DNA of 64,000 bases from Lingula anatina (taxonomy: Eukaryota > Animalia > Brachiopoda). The translations under genes were made by a program, and so were the position numbers. The notes under the pieces were generated by a model, which was given only the letters and a program-made list of their open reading frames with translations, was not told the DNA's origin and did no database searches. Position 1 is the stretch's first letter, and the number at the start of each line of letters is the position of its first letter. This document shows positions 40,039 to 52,900 of the stretch, in pieces. The DNA lies in assembly GCA_051362555.1 (NCBI GenBank), contig CM120643.1, forward strand, positions 11,878,644 to 11,942,643. Reading direction: 5' to 3'.

Positions 40039-43000
40039 CAGGTGACGCCATATCGCCATATTAAGCCGAGCATTGGCTCACCAGAGATGCATCACTTTAA
40101 CTCTGTAGCAGAAACTCGACCCAACGATTTCTCGCTATCTGGCCGTTGGCATTCTGTTTCATAAGACACGCCATATGCAGCGTTTTGATTAATTATTGGT
40201 GTGATACTGATATAATTTATTATAATCAATTGAATGTTTATATTACCAGGCAAATGTATGCAGATATTGATATTTCTTTCTTATCTTTTTTATTTTAGAC
40301 TTATTCCAAAAAATTTAACTTACAAATTATCTATTTCTTCAGCTTCCCTTTTGCTGTTCTCGCTTTCTTGCATGTCTTTCTTGTGCTTTGTATTTTCTAA
40401 CTTCTGAAATAAGAAAAATGGCAATTTGATTATCTTCGTTATGCTTTGAAATCATTTTTAAATTAAAAAAGGGATTGGATAAAGTTTTAATACCTCTTTA
40501 TGCCTTTGAACAAATGGGATTTTTAGGAGTTCTGATGCAGAGGCTCTCTTTTCTGGTTCCACATCAAGCATTCTGAAAGACGAATAAAAAGCACATCTTG
40601 ACATAGGCAAATTTACTACCCTGTATATGTCGCTGAGGACTTTTGGTTTGAAGATGACATAATGTTAATGATAATACATTATAATGTAAGGCACAGTGAT
40701 ATAATAAAATACAAAACAAGTAAGTTTATCATACAATACAAACAATGTAGCCCATCATCATGCAAATTCCTGATGTTTGAATATTAACAACTTACAGTTG
40801 AAGCACCTCTTGCAGATCCTTGTGATATTTATCTGGTAACTGGAGGTAGTTGCCTCTTTTTATTTTTTGGATGTACGCCTTCCACGTTTGCTCCACATAA
40901 GTATATTTTAAGGTGCACAGTCTATACAGGATACAGCCAACAGACCTAAAATGTTCATATAATTGAAAACACGTTTCTTAGAAGGCAAGGACAGGTAACT
41001 AGTTTTTTTTTATTTATTTATACAGAATATAGTCGTGGGAAACAGTTAAAAGGACACAAAAGAGGATTTTCTCACCAAAAGTGATTTATCCCGGGGTTAA
41101 CAGTATTTTTAAATAAAGATGCCGATTTTATAAACAGTATAATTATACTAGTACCTCTCAAGCTTTCTACACGTTCATTCTGATATGTTATTTATCCAGA
41201 TCCTACACTTTAATTTCTATGCAAATTTCATAGAACATTTAAAAGACAATGTGAGATAAATGAGCATTATTATTATTTTAGGTTAGGAATACATGCACCT
41301 ACCATATATCTGACTTCGAGTTGTAGCCCTCTTGATTATACACTTCAGGACTCATGAAGTACCGTGTTCCAACGTATGTAGAAGCCATGTCTAAAGTATC
41401 CATGAGAATCCGCGAAAGACCAAAGTCGCCAATTTTTACCATGTTGTTTCTCAAAAATACATTTCTGGTAAACACAATATTATGGACAGTTTTATAAGTA
41501 TATTTCTAATACCAAAACCAATTTTACCCAGATAGCAAGGATTCGACCAACAGTATGTTTCAGGTACAAAATTAAAACAAATTGCCACTAGCGCAGGGCC
41601 GATTTTAGCGTTGCTTGCATTCAACATATATATATTTTTTGTTTAAATGAACAGATGATAATTAAATTTGAAAATCAATTTGCCGCTGGCGGTCCAAACA
41701 GACCTATTTTGTATTGACGTTATGCTATTTGGGTAGTGTCATTGGTTTAATGTGATTTAATAGTTACTGTTATCATGAAATGTCGTAGCTATTTGCTTCA
41801 ACATGTACTATTACCTAAAAAGGTCATCACACCCTAAAGACAAATTTTTCTAAATTTAACAGATATTTCCACTCCGTATACGGGAATTTTTGCCTACTCT
41901 GGTCATTTGACATTACCTGTGTCGAGTTTGAGGACATGGTAATGGATGTTGGCTCCCAAATAAATGTACGAATGTCGGAGGTATGCTAGTAGATGTCCCT
42001 TTTGTGACTCAAAAAGTTCGTAAAGCTGAACTACTCCCTTGCCAAATCAAAGCTATTACCATAACTGGGGCCAACGGGCGTAGGTTTGAGGAACCAGGTG
42101 GTAGCATTCCTTGACGCAGAAATTCCCAGAACTGTGTAATAAGTGGTCTGTTATTCTGTTGATTTTTACCAATAAGGCCCCATTCAGAATAGGGGACTAA
42201 CTAGTCCGCCAATAGACACTAGATAGATATCCCGTGGGGAAGTATTCAAGTGGGTCGGCCATATTTGACCCTCGGACTTGTCAGTCCCCTATTCTGAATG
42301 GGACCTAAGACAACTAAGGCAGACAATAAAAAATTCTTTTACACATTTCATTCCTGTTGTTGATTCCAGGACTTCAAACCCTGTATCTCTTTATCTACAT
42401 GTCTGTGTATGTCTCTTTGTCACCTCCTTTGATCAAATTTCAAAAGTGGACTTTTCTATCACTCTTCCACCAATGACTGGCACGTATATGTACAGAGACT
42501 TCAACAAAGAATACGCATGTAACATGCAGCCTGCATCACACTAAATTTTAATAAATCAAAAATCTCTAAATTTATATACAACTTCTATCACTAACAGGTA
42601 TATATAAATTAATGATGTACTGCTGCGCGCGCAACAGTATAATAATTCAAACGAGAGTTGGCGAAAACGACCGAAGATCTCATATAATACAGCACACAAA
42701 GAAAACAGAAAATATCTTTTCAAATGTCATATATTTGAGAAATACGCAACGATATCTTTTAGTATATCTTTAAAATATGCTTACTGGTGGCATTTGATCG
42801 GGTTTAGTGGCAATGATTTGAAATGTTAACTCGCTTCAAATGCATCTTGAAGGGTTCAGTACAACTGTTATAAGAATTATCTAAAGGGGAGGTGCCAATG
42901 GCCAATCTACAGGTAGAACCCGTATCATGCACGCCAGAATTGACCGCAATTTTCTTAATATTGCTAGAAGAAACAGGAAAAATCTGCCTGAGCCATTGCC

Positions 43001-43952
43001 ACAGAACTATGGGAGCGGTATCTGATCCATTTTCCAGAGGAATCGTTAATCGTACACTTCGTACGAAATGAATACAGAGCATGTGGATTTATCACTTGTT
43101 GTTGCATCCGTCTGGTTTAAATGTGCTTTCAACGCATTGCTTCTTTTTTCAATTCAGGATGTCATCGACATATCTTTTCCACAATGTAAGAATTATTGTT
43201 TTCCGTCATTTTAATGGTTGGAGCTGTCTTCTAAAAGAGTTTGAGGCATCTTGTGCTACTGAATCGATATAGTCAACTATAGGCCTAAGAGGGACCTCTT
43301 TTTTGTGGATTTTTGATGTGAACGGCTTCACTGGAGTAGAGGTTGGTGCGTTGAGCATGACTGATCTAATTTTTCTTTTTCTAGTTGCTGCAATATACTT
43401 AATTTTGATAAATTTGTCATCGAGACAGAGAATTAAAAATACATATACAATAGGTGAATAACGTCCCAGCACTATGGGCATATAAAGTTAATAATTATCA
43501 GATGTACATTAACTTCCTTCTGTTTTGGGGACAGCTAAAGAAAAACTTCGTTGTAATTATTTGAAAGTCTGTGAAGATCTGAAAACGCCTTTCTTCAACC
43601 GCACCAAAGACAGAAAAATCCAACTACTAATTTTCATCATTTCAGTCCATTTTCGCTTGAGATTCTTTACAGTCAAAATGAAATAAAAATTACAAATGGT
43701 TTTCAAACATATACTAGAAACGATGGAATATTTTGGGATTTTAGAAACAATTATTATTTTTTATCATGTAGCTGACCGTATCAATGGCAAATACACAATT
43801 TTTAAGTCCCAAAAGTGGTAAAAATTCCTTGAATAATGTTCTATATAGGTGGTTAGAGCTGTGTACACTATCTGAGCAGTTTGGCAGCGCAGGCATACAC
43901 TTACAGGCAAGATTGTCTAGCACATTAAAGGGTTGCAGTGCCTTTCTCTAAA

Positions 43953-43994
<42 letters not shown>

Positions 43995-46900
43995 TGCAAC
44001 TGTTTGAGGATGTATATTTATTTGGGGCACATACTTTGTTTTGATACAACACTAAAAAGTGTCTGTAAGATCACCCAGCGAACCAAACACATTTCCAGAG
44101 ATACAGTCAACAGCAGACTCTGACTTGTGTCTTTGGCCAAATAACACGCCTTAGATATCCACTTTGACCAAACAGAAGCAGGCCTTCTTTAGAAATGGGC
44201 CCGACGATTTCATGCATTACCTTCCTCGCAGACATTTCGAAGCCAAAGTGTTTCTCCAAGATATCAGACTCTATCAGAAGATGCGCCCAAAACATGGCAA
44301 GCCCTATTCTTGGACACTGTAAAATTACATGCCCCTAGTTAACAGCACCAAGTTAAGAAACAGTGCAACCTGAATGGCTAAAATAGGATGTAACCAAAGA
44401 CATACCCTGTAAGACAATGACTCTACTACATGTACGCATCATATAAAAATGATGGAAACGGGACAAAGAGAAGGGAACATGGTGGTGAACATTTGAATAA
44501 AGGAAGCAGAGGAAACATATTAACAAAAAAGAACATCCAAGTAAATGTAAATGTCTCCAAAAGGTACTCACACGTGAACTTTCACCCAAATCATACACCT
44601 GACTCAGAGACTAACTTGGTGTCAGTGGAACTAAAGTGACCGATCCCAGTCTTTGCTGCATCCAATCATTATTTCACAAAGGTATCAGTGCAACAATACC
44701 TATCTCCCAGTATAAACGAAAAACTGTTCTGATATGCTCATATAACCCATCATCTAGATTTCTGCTGCATTGCATTTGGCAGTGGTCCTAAAAACGTATG
44801 AATTATAATATCAGATATACCAGAAACAGAAGCAAAAAATGATTCCTCTTACTCAAACTGGCTCAACATTTATGAAAGAATATATTTTTAAATTGTAACT
44901 ATGTTAAACGTGTATATTCCATAGCAAAAAATGTCCCCCCCTACCGCTTGTACATCGCTACAATAGATTTAATTTTACTATCGCATAACGACTTGGCAAC
45001 CGATCATCGTGTAAATTCTGGATACGAGTAGTAGAATATTGACCTACCTAGCGTGACCATTGAAACACCAAACACTTATATTGTTGATATATGGCTCCTA
45101 AGTGAAAGGGATACATTTCTTTCTGGCATGGACACCAGCCAACAATGGGCAATGATACTGTTCTCACATGAAAGCAGGTTCAGCGTTGTGAGAAGTGATG
45201 GACGCGTAAGATTTTGGAAAACAGCTGGTGAGAAGTATCTTTCCAATTTTCTGGCTTTGGCAGCATCCCATATAAGTCATAGTATCGGGTGTATTGGCTT
45301 CTATGCTTAAGGCGAGTTGGTAGTGGTCAATGGGAACTAACGCAGAACAGCATCCAAGTTGTGAAAAGGAACTTAAGGTACTCTGGGGTACTTTGGGGAC
45401 CATGACTGCCCATTTATGTTTCGGCGCTATACTGTTAGTCCCCGTACAACCAATGCAACAGTAGGGTGGTTGCATGCAAAACAGACCTAGCCAACAACCC
45501 CCCCCCCCCCCAATCGCCAGCTCAATCCCCAGGTCGGGGATAACTCTGCAAACAAAACTTATCTTATACTATTCTTGTACCGGAAGTGGAATTATAATAC
45601 TTCACTGCTGTTTTGCTTTTGACATTATGCTTTTGTACTTTTTTTAAATAAATGCAACAAGTAGTTCAAGTCTATGTTAAGATTACCTTCAGGATCGGAT
45701 CCTTAAAGATTTCCTAATGGATTCTAGAGAATTTTATATAGAAAATTTTCGAAAGGGAATAGGAAATCGAAATTTAATTTACTTGTTATTTCTCTGTCAC
45801 CAGTTTTTCCACAACCCTCGAAAACTACTCATGAGAGGGGTTTTTTTTCACGTCTGTTAATTTCTAACCACAACCCTTGCGACTTATCATCGATCTGAAA
45901 ACGTTTTCTTGGTCTACATCTTTTTACTCTTTTTGATGCATTGAAGCTCGGTATACTCGTATTCACCGCCTCTCCCCATCGAAATCTCATCCTTAAAATG
46001 GTCACAGTTGCATTCAAATATTTTTCAGGGTGCTTCAGTTTTTAATGCACTCATACGCGAGTATGTCACAATTGCAATAACCATATCTAATTTTAATTTA
46101 TTCAATAGTTCTGCAACTGCATCCAATTCTTTCTCCCTTCTCTCCTTCGACAATTGGACTTTTTTCACTGGTTTAACAAAAACACTCGGTACGTGCTGCT
46201 TTCATCCTCGCAATTTTGATGACGAAAGATTTAATTTGTTTCATGCAAAACAAAACCAATTAAGTAGCTTTATTTTCAAGAGAGGCGTTTCTCTGGCATC
46301 CTTTTTCACCATTCCCCCAGTTTTTCCTCTTGTCTACTAGACGTGGATTTTTCTGTATGTGCAGTCGGGCTGATGCAGAAAAAATTTAATGTCTAAAAAT
46401 ATCATCTTATGGTTAGAAAATACCATAGAATGAATGTAGTTTCAATATCTGCTTCTTAATGTTTTAAAATTCCAAAATGACCTACAAACGTCAATGGACC
46501 AATGTATTGTATTGTTTTGCATTGTATTGTATAGTTATCACTCGTGCAGCATATTCTTACTTGTGCAGAAGTCATGTTAAAGGATTCTACAAACTTCGTA
46601 AAATAACACCAAGCATGTTCCATTTATTATCTATGCACTGAAACAGTCCTTTTTTTTTTGTTAAACCAACAGAAGTAGATTTGCCCTTTGCCTTAGATTT
46701 TCATTAATATCAATTCCCAAATAGCGTATCGACTTGAATGGCATACGTGGGCGACTCCCCCTCCTTTTCAAAGAAAAAAATCTTTTACCGTGTTAAAATG
46801 GTGAAAGAAACACCAAAATAACCTAGCCTCACAGTGGCAAATATAAAAAAGCCTGGAGTGTACCAATTTTGTCTATTGGTTATGATTCTTCAGCTAGATC

Positions 46901-49900
46901 AGTGGCGCTTCACTATACATCACCAATTGTTCACAAAAATAAGTAAAAAAACAAGTGATCAGGCATAATTGGTATAGTACTAAAAGCAGGGGAACAGCTA
47001 GTGGCACTTACATCTTACGATGTTATCTAGTGCTTCAAAAGTGAAATTTAAAAGTTTCTTGATTGAGCTCTAAGAAATGGGTTTAGTACATTCGAAAGAA
47101 ATGGTTACCGAAAATTCAGTGAAAATTGATGGGCAAAGTAATATTCCAAACAGAGGGCAGCTCTATCCACGAGTTGCATAGCAGGCTTCAGATGTCGTAC
47201 ACTCAAAATGAAGTAGGCACCAAAATTTGGGTTTTATTTGCTTATTCAGCAATTTGATTAGTTACAAACATGCATGTTTTTCCAAATAACCGAAAAGCAT
47301 GAAAGTTAACATACATAAAGCTTCAAAAATTCACTCTGTATTCTGAGAATTATACCAGGTAGTGCAATATGGTCTTTGAAAATTCATCGGGGTTTCCGGC
47401 ATTAGTGTCTTCAGGTAACCAAACCGGGACAATTCAAAATGAAATCATGGGGAGTATTCACTTACCCAGATAACAAAACTTAACTTAGCTCCTACCACAT
47501 CTGTTCGCAGTTATGTGTGCAATTGCAAACTGTGGCAGGGGCGGATCCAGGATTATTTGAAGTGGGGGTGCAAAGCCGACCCCCCCCTCACCCCCCCCCA
47601 ATTGCCGTGGGGTTCGGGGCCCGCTGAAGGGCCCAAAAATCTTGTTTTAACAAGTGAAAATTCTAATTTCACGAGGGGACCAGAAATCCAAGGGGGAGAC
47701 AGGACCCCCCTAACCTCCCCCTAAATCCGCCACTGGTTGGTGAGGGGAGTCAGAAGCTTAGGAAGATTGGTCCTATATCGGTTCACAATCTTCATCCACT
47801 ACACTATCATATTCCTGAAACTGACCAATGCCTCTTGGATTACATGTAGTAGGTATAGCAAATTCTGAGAAAGTTGAGGGAGGCACAACTAAAACTAAGC
47901 ACACTTGAATGAATGAGAATAATTTAACCAAATAAGTAAAAGAGCTAAAATTCAAATCCCTTGCAAAATAAAAACGAAAACCAGTAAATGGTAAACAAAT
48001 ATACTGGCAATTTCAGTCTAGCTAGTCTATCCTCTGTTGAAAAATCGTCCATTTACTTAAGTAATAGCTTAATCTCCCATATATTTCTATAATGTGCAAT
48101 ACCTTCTTGCCAAAATAACTTTCGTTAATTAAAAACCAATTTATAAAAATACCTTGTCATTTTTCATATCCTGTAGCAAGTATTGAATTGCTGTAGTGGT
48201 CACAACTTCACGCTCATTTTGGATTTCAATGTAACTAAAGGAGCAGCTTCTGATAATTCATTTATACTGTGGTGTTTTAAATCAAAATATATAAGATTGC
48301 TATAAGGGACCGTTCACATGGAAAGTCTATTTTCTAAAAATCTGTTTCTATTTGTGATCACGGTCTGTGCCCTGAATATCCCGCGGCATAATTACTGGCA
48401 GCGTGAGCCAGTTACTTCCAAAGCTGTAATTAATTCTCGGCGCTGCCAGCAATTACGCCGCGGGGTATCCAGGGCACAGACCGTGATTACAAGATACCGC
48501 AAATAGAAAATAGATTTTTAGAAAATAGACTTTCCATGTGAACGGTCCCTAAGATTATGATGTAGAATTTTTACTTTAAAAAAGTGTTTTGGTGACCATA
48601 TTAGAATTTTCAGACATGTCTCTATATCCAAATTTGCTAAGAATCCTGCTCTTTAAAACTGTGCCAATTTTCATGCTTGTATTTTTAAGTACATGATTAA
48701 TTTAGCATACTGCTGCATATTTTGGGTGGACAGTTTTTTTACTTTTGGATGGCCATTTTGGATTTCTATACACCTGAAGAAGCAGATATTGATAATTAAT
48801 TTATACCATGGTATCTAACCATAAAAATGTTTCTTAAGCTAATATAGGACTATATACTTGAAGTTTTAATTTGAACAGATATTTGTGGCGGCCAAATTGG
48901 ATTTGGTGGCCATATTGGAATCTTTCGACATGCCCATTAATTCAAATTTTCTTAGAATCTCGTTCTGTGCAAATGTGCCAAATGCCATGAGTGAGTTTTA
49001 AATGTATGATGAATTAAGCATTTTATTTGATATCTTGAATTAGTGGACTGCTTTTTACTTTTGGCGGCCATATTGGATTTCATTAACTAAAAGAAGCAGA
49101 TATTGATACTGAATTCATACCATGGCGTTTCCAACCTGTACATGATATTTTGACCATTAAAAGACTATGTACTTGAAGTTTTAATTTGAAAGGGTATTTT
49201 TGGTGGCCATCTTTGATTTGGATGCCATTTTCAGTTTGTACATATGCTCATACATCCAAATTGGCTTAGAATTTTATTGTACACGACTGTGCCAAATTTC
49301 ATACTGGTAGGTTAAAATTCACAATTTTCACCAAATCACTGGACTAAAAGTTAACTTCCACAGGATATTCAAGAAATCGTGGTTGCTAGAGACTTTAAAG
49401 GGATAATAACTGATCCTTTTGGCTATAAATTAATTTTCCTGGAGTAAACAACAATTTTTCCATACTTACTAATGGTTAATGAATCCATTTCTACATTCAA
49501 AGTTATTTCCTGTTTTTTTTTCTAAAAAAGTTTGTTTTTTGTAATAATCTCTTAAGAGATTATTACACAGTATAGCCATCTATGTAGGTCACGCGGTCCA
49601 ATGGCAAGCCCACATATCATAATAATAGCTATAACTGCCGTTTTGGTGGTAAAACAAAATATCTTATATTTCTATGAGTTGTTTACACTATTTTTATTGT
49701 GAAATATAGATCTCATACGAAGAGTAATTATCCCTTTAAGAGTGTTCCAGAACAACTCCCGCCTACAATACTAAAATAGAACCTCGCAAATTCGGCCTGG
49801 GGAAGGATTCCATCCACCATCACACTACATTCTGTTGATACCCCCGTCACACTAGAGGCGAAATGAGCAAGAATGCATTCGGAAAGATAATGTTTGTGCG

Positions 49901-52900
49901 TTCCTGGACATTCGAAGAGCATTCTAATAATTCCGAGTGCATTCCAAATGTTTTTACCCATTCTTGTGGCCGGCCCGAATGTTTTGCTCGTGTTAAAAAC
50001 TTTCCAAGTGCATTCCAAGTGGAAAATTATCGAATAGCATTTGAATAGTATTCTAACTGCACTATGGCTGCATTCTAAATATTCTCACGGCATTCGAAAC
50101 ATTTGAAACATTCTGATCACATTCGAGGGAGAACCGAAATGGCAAGACACTTCAAATCCTGCTAGAATTGCCCTAGATTCTAGATTCCGGTATTGCCAAC
50201 TCGATCTTGATTTCATATATAACCCAAATCAGCAATACCAGGCTTTAGCGAACAGCGGCAACTCGGGGGCGTTCTTCTTCAAATTTGAGAGCTAATACAG
50301 CCGAAATGTGTACGAATCATTCCAGGCGGATTCAAGCGCATTCTTAGTATTCCAACGGCATTCTTACTAGAATTTAGGTCGATCAATTTGAAATTTATTC
50401 CCGAATGTAGTACGAATTTTTAAATTTAGTCATTCCGGCTGGTTCTGCTTGATTCCTGCTGATTCCAAATCAGTGTGACGGTTTTTTTTTTTTTTTTTTT
50501 TTTTTTGGGGACAACCATTTAAACATCTAGATACGAACACTATAAAACAACACCGGGACGAATTCGGTAGGGCAATCCAAGGAAAAGACCTATAACTAAT
50601 CAAGAACTTGCAAGGCCTTGACTCAAAAGTGGATATTAATCTCACATTATCGCCGGCACTAGTTGTTGCAGGACCACAAACAATGTTGATGATTACATAC
50701 AATGATACAAGTGTTAGTAAATAATTATTTGTGAATTTTTAAAAATATTTTGGTGATCCTGTATGGAAACTTATAACATTTTCTGTTCAAGTAGGAGCTA
50801 TATCCAGAAGAGCTCAATTTTGGGAGCCATATTGAGAAACACGTTAAATGAGATGTATATACGTGTTTGTTGCTTTATTCGTACACGTTTGTCTAGTGAT
50901 GCAGCGTTTAATAAAATTAATCATCATATGTCTTATATCTCAGGATTCTTAAAATCACTTTAACCAAAAGGTGTGATAACCTATTCAAGCATTATAGTAT
51001 AAGTTGAAGATTGGAAACAAATAAACAATCTCATAAATAAATAATAGGAAAATAACCCATAGTCCTTAAGAAGAAGCATTTCAGCTTTTTTTTAGTGATT
51101 CTCCACGTTTGAAATCCAGCCATATCTACATCCAGCTAAGCTTCTTATATTTCTCATAGTCTATATGACTGGTGCAAAAATTGCTCAAAAGGTGGAAAAA
51201 GCATGAAACTTGGCACAAATGTTCTTTGGACTATGCTGATCATTTTCAAGGATAGTGCCCAAAATTTCAAAGCGTTGCTTAGCAACCGTTGCTAAGGAAG
51301 TGTTTTACCTTAGTAACAAGCTAATTGGACATTTCTTGTTCAGTTTAAATGATTTAAAAAGGCTTTAAATAATGTTTCAAGCCATCAGAACTATCACTAT
51401 ACTATTTTAAACCATTAAAAACCCAAGTAAACCATTGCAACAGTTGCTAGGCTGTAGCATTTTACATGTATCCTCCAGTTCCTTTCCATCTTTTTGTTCC
51501 CCTTCTACATATACTAACATGTTTCTTGATTATCAAGATAGGTGGATAAATATTATATGCTTGCACAAACCCAAATACAAAAATCTCCGGAGATCTATCA
51601 ATGGCCAGACCTAAATTATCTTTAGCGGGGCAAATGATACACGTCCAATCATTTTTTACATGTGGACAATCCCAAAAAACGTACAGAATATTTTCCCTAG
51701 CAGTATTGCAAAATTCTCAAATTCATAAGATAAGCATAAGTATTGAATATTCTATTATTTATTCTGAATTGGAGCGACTTCAGTTTCGTGTGATCTGTTT
51801 CTTAAATGTTAGTTCCCAATTATCAGTACTCAATGTTTTTTTTTTAAAATATGTCTGCCATTCACCTACACCTTTATCTGGTGATATTATATGGCTTTGG
51901 AGGATTTTTTGTGATAAAATATCTGGATGGTTTGGCAACTTGTTTAATTGAGTCAATTATTTCTTGGAATGCTATGTAATTTCCTTCCATGGGAAGATAT
52001 GGTAAGCTCTTTTGGATACTGAATTAGCCCAGAAAGTTAGTGTTAAGGTTGATTTTTTGTTGAGTTCCTCTAGAGAGAGGGGATTTCAAATGTCATTTAT
52101 AATATCATTGATGTAAAATAAACCATTTTACACCATCTTTTATGGAAAATAAAAGATGGAAAATACTTTTTCAATTTCTTTCAATTTTTGAGTTTTGACA
52201 TAATGGTTGTGATAGAATTTCATCTGGGGTTAAATTGGGATTTTCCTGAATTTCACTCAAAGAACCAATAATCTTTGCCAAAAGGGATTAAAAGCTGCTT
52301 TTAGTATTTTTAATCCACCTTTTGTTACTACCGATTCCTGACATTTCGCCGAAAAAACGCTTTCAATTTACTCTTATTTTCTTCATAAAGAAGTCTTTTA
52401 AGCCATGTAAAGTTTAGGGCCTTGGTAAAAATTTTATTTGCGGTACCTTTTACCGTCCATTTTAGTAATCAGACACCATCCTTGCTCATTTTATTTTGTA
52501 TCTTTTCCCATTCCTGATAAAGTTAAATGTGATATGCATATTTTTAAGTATTGAAGGAGGGGGTCTGGTAGGAGAGTTTATACATGCACTAAGATGAGAA
52601 ATACTGTTTACTTTCCTATTATTGAAAGGTTTCTCAGAGACCAGATTTCCAAGATATTTTTCGTTTTTTTCAATATTTTCTAAAAAGTTTTTTCACATTG
52701 TATTTTGTCAGTTTCTATTCTCTACCAAGTAACTTAAATACACCTTCATGGTTCTATTTTAATTTTTTTTTTTTTTTTTTTTTTGTTAATTAATGAAGTT
52801 CAAAAGTTTCTGTTCACACCCAAAGGCCGTTAGATGCCATATCTTACTTCCACCAAGGCTGCTCTACAACAATATAAGAGTATTCTTGCGAGATGAACAT

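Noticed and set aside
39871-40164. ORFs with YIYIYI runs; similar low-complexity ORFs at 130, 33221, 43938 and 62900
   Set aside because: Microsatellite translations.
45830-46340. Minus-strand HVPSVF motif reminiscent of a THAP domain
   Set aside because: Multiple stops and no C2CH ligands visible; too weak to call.
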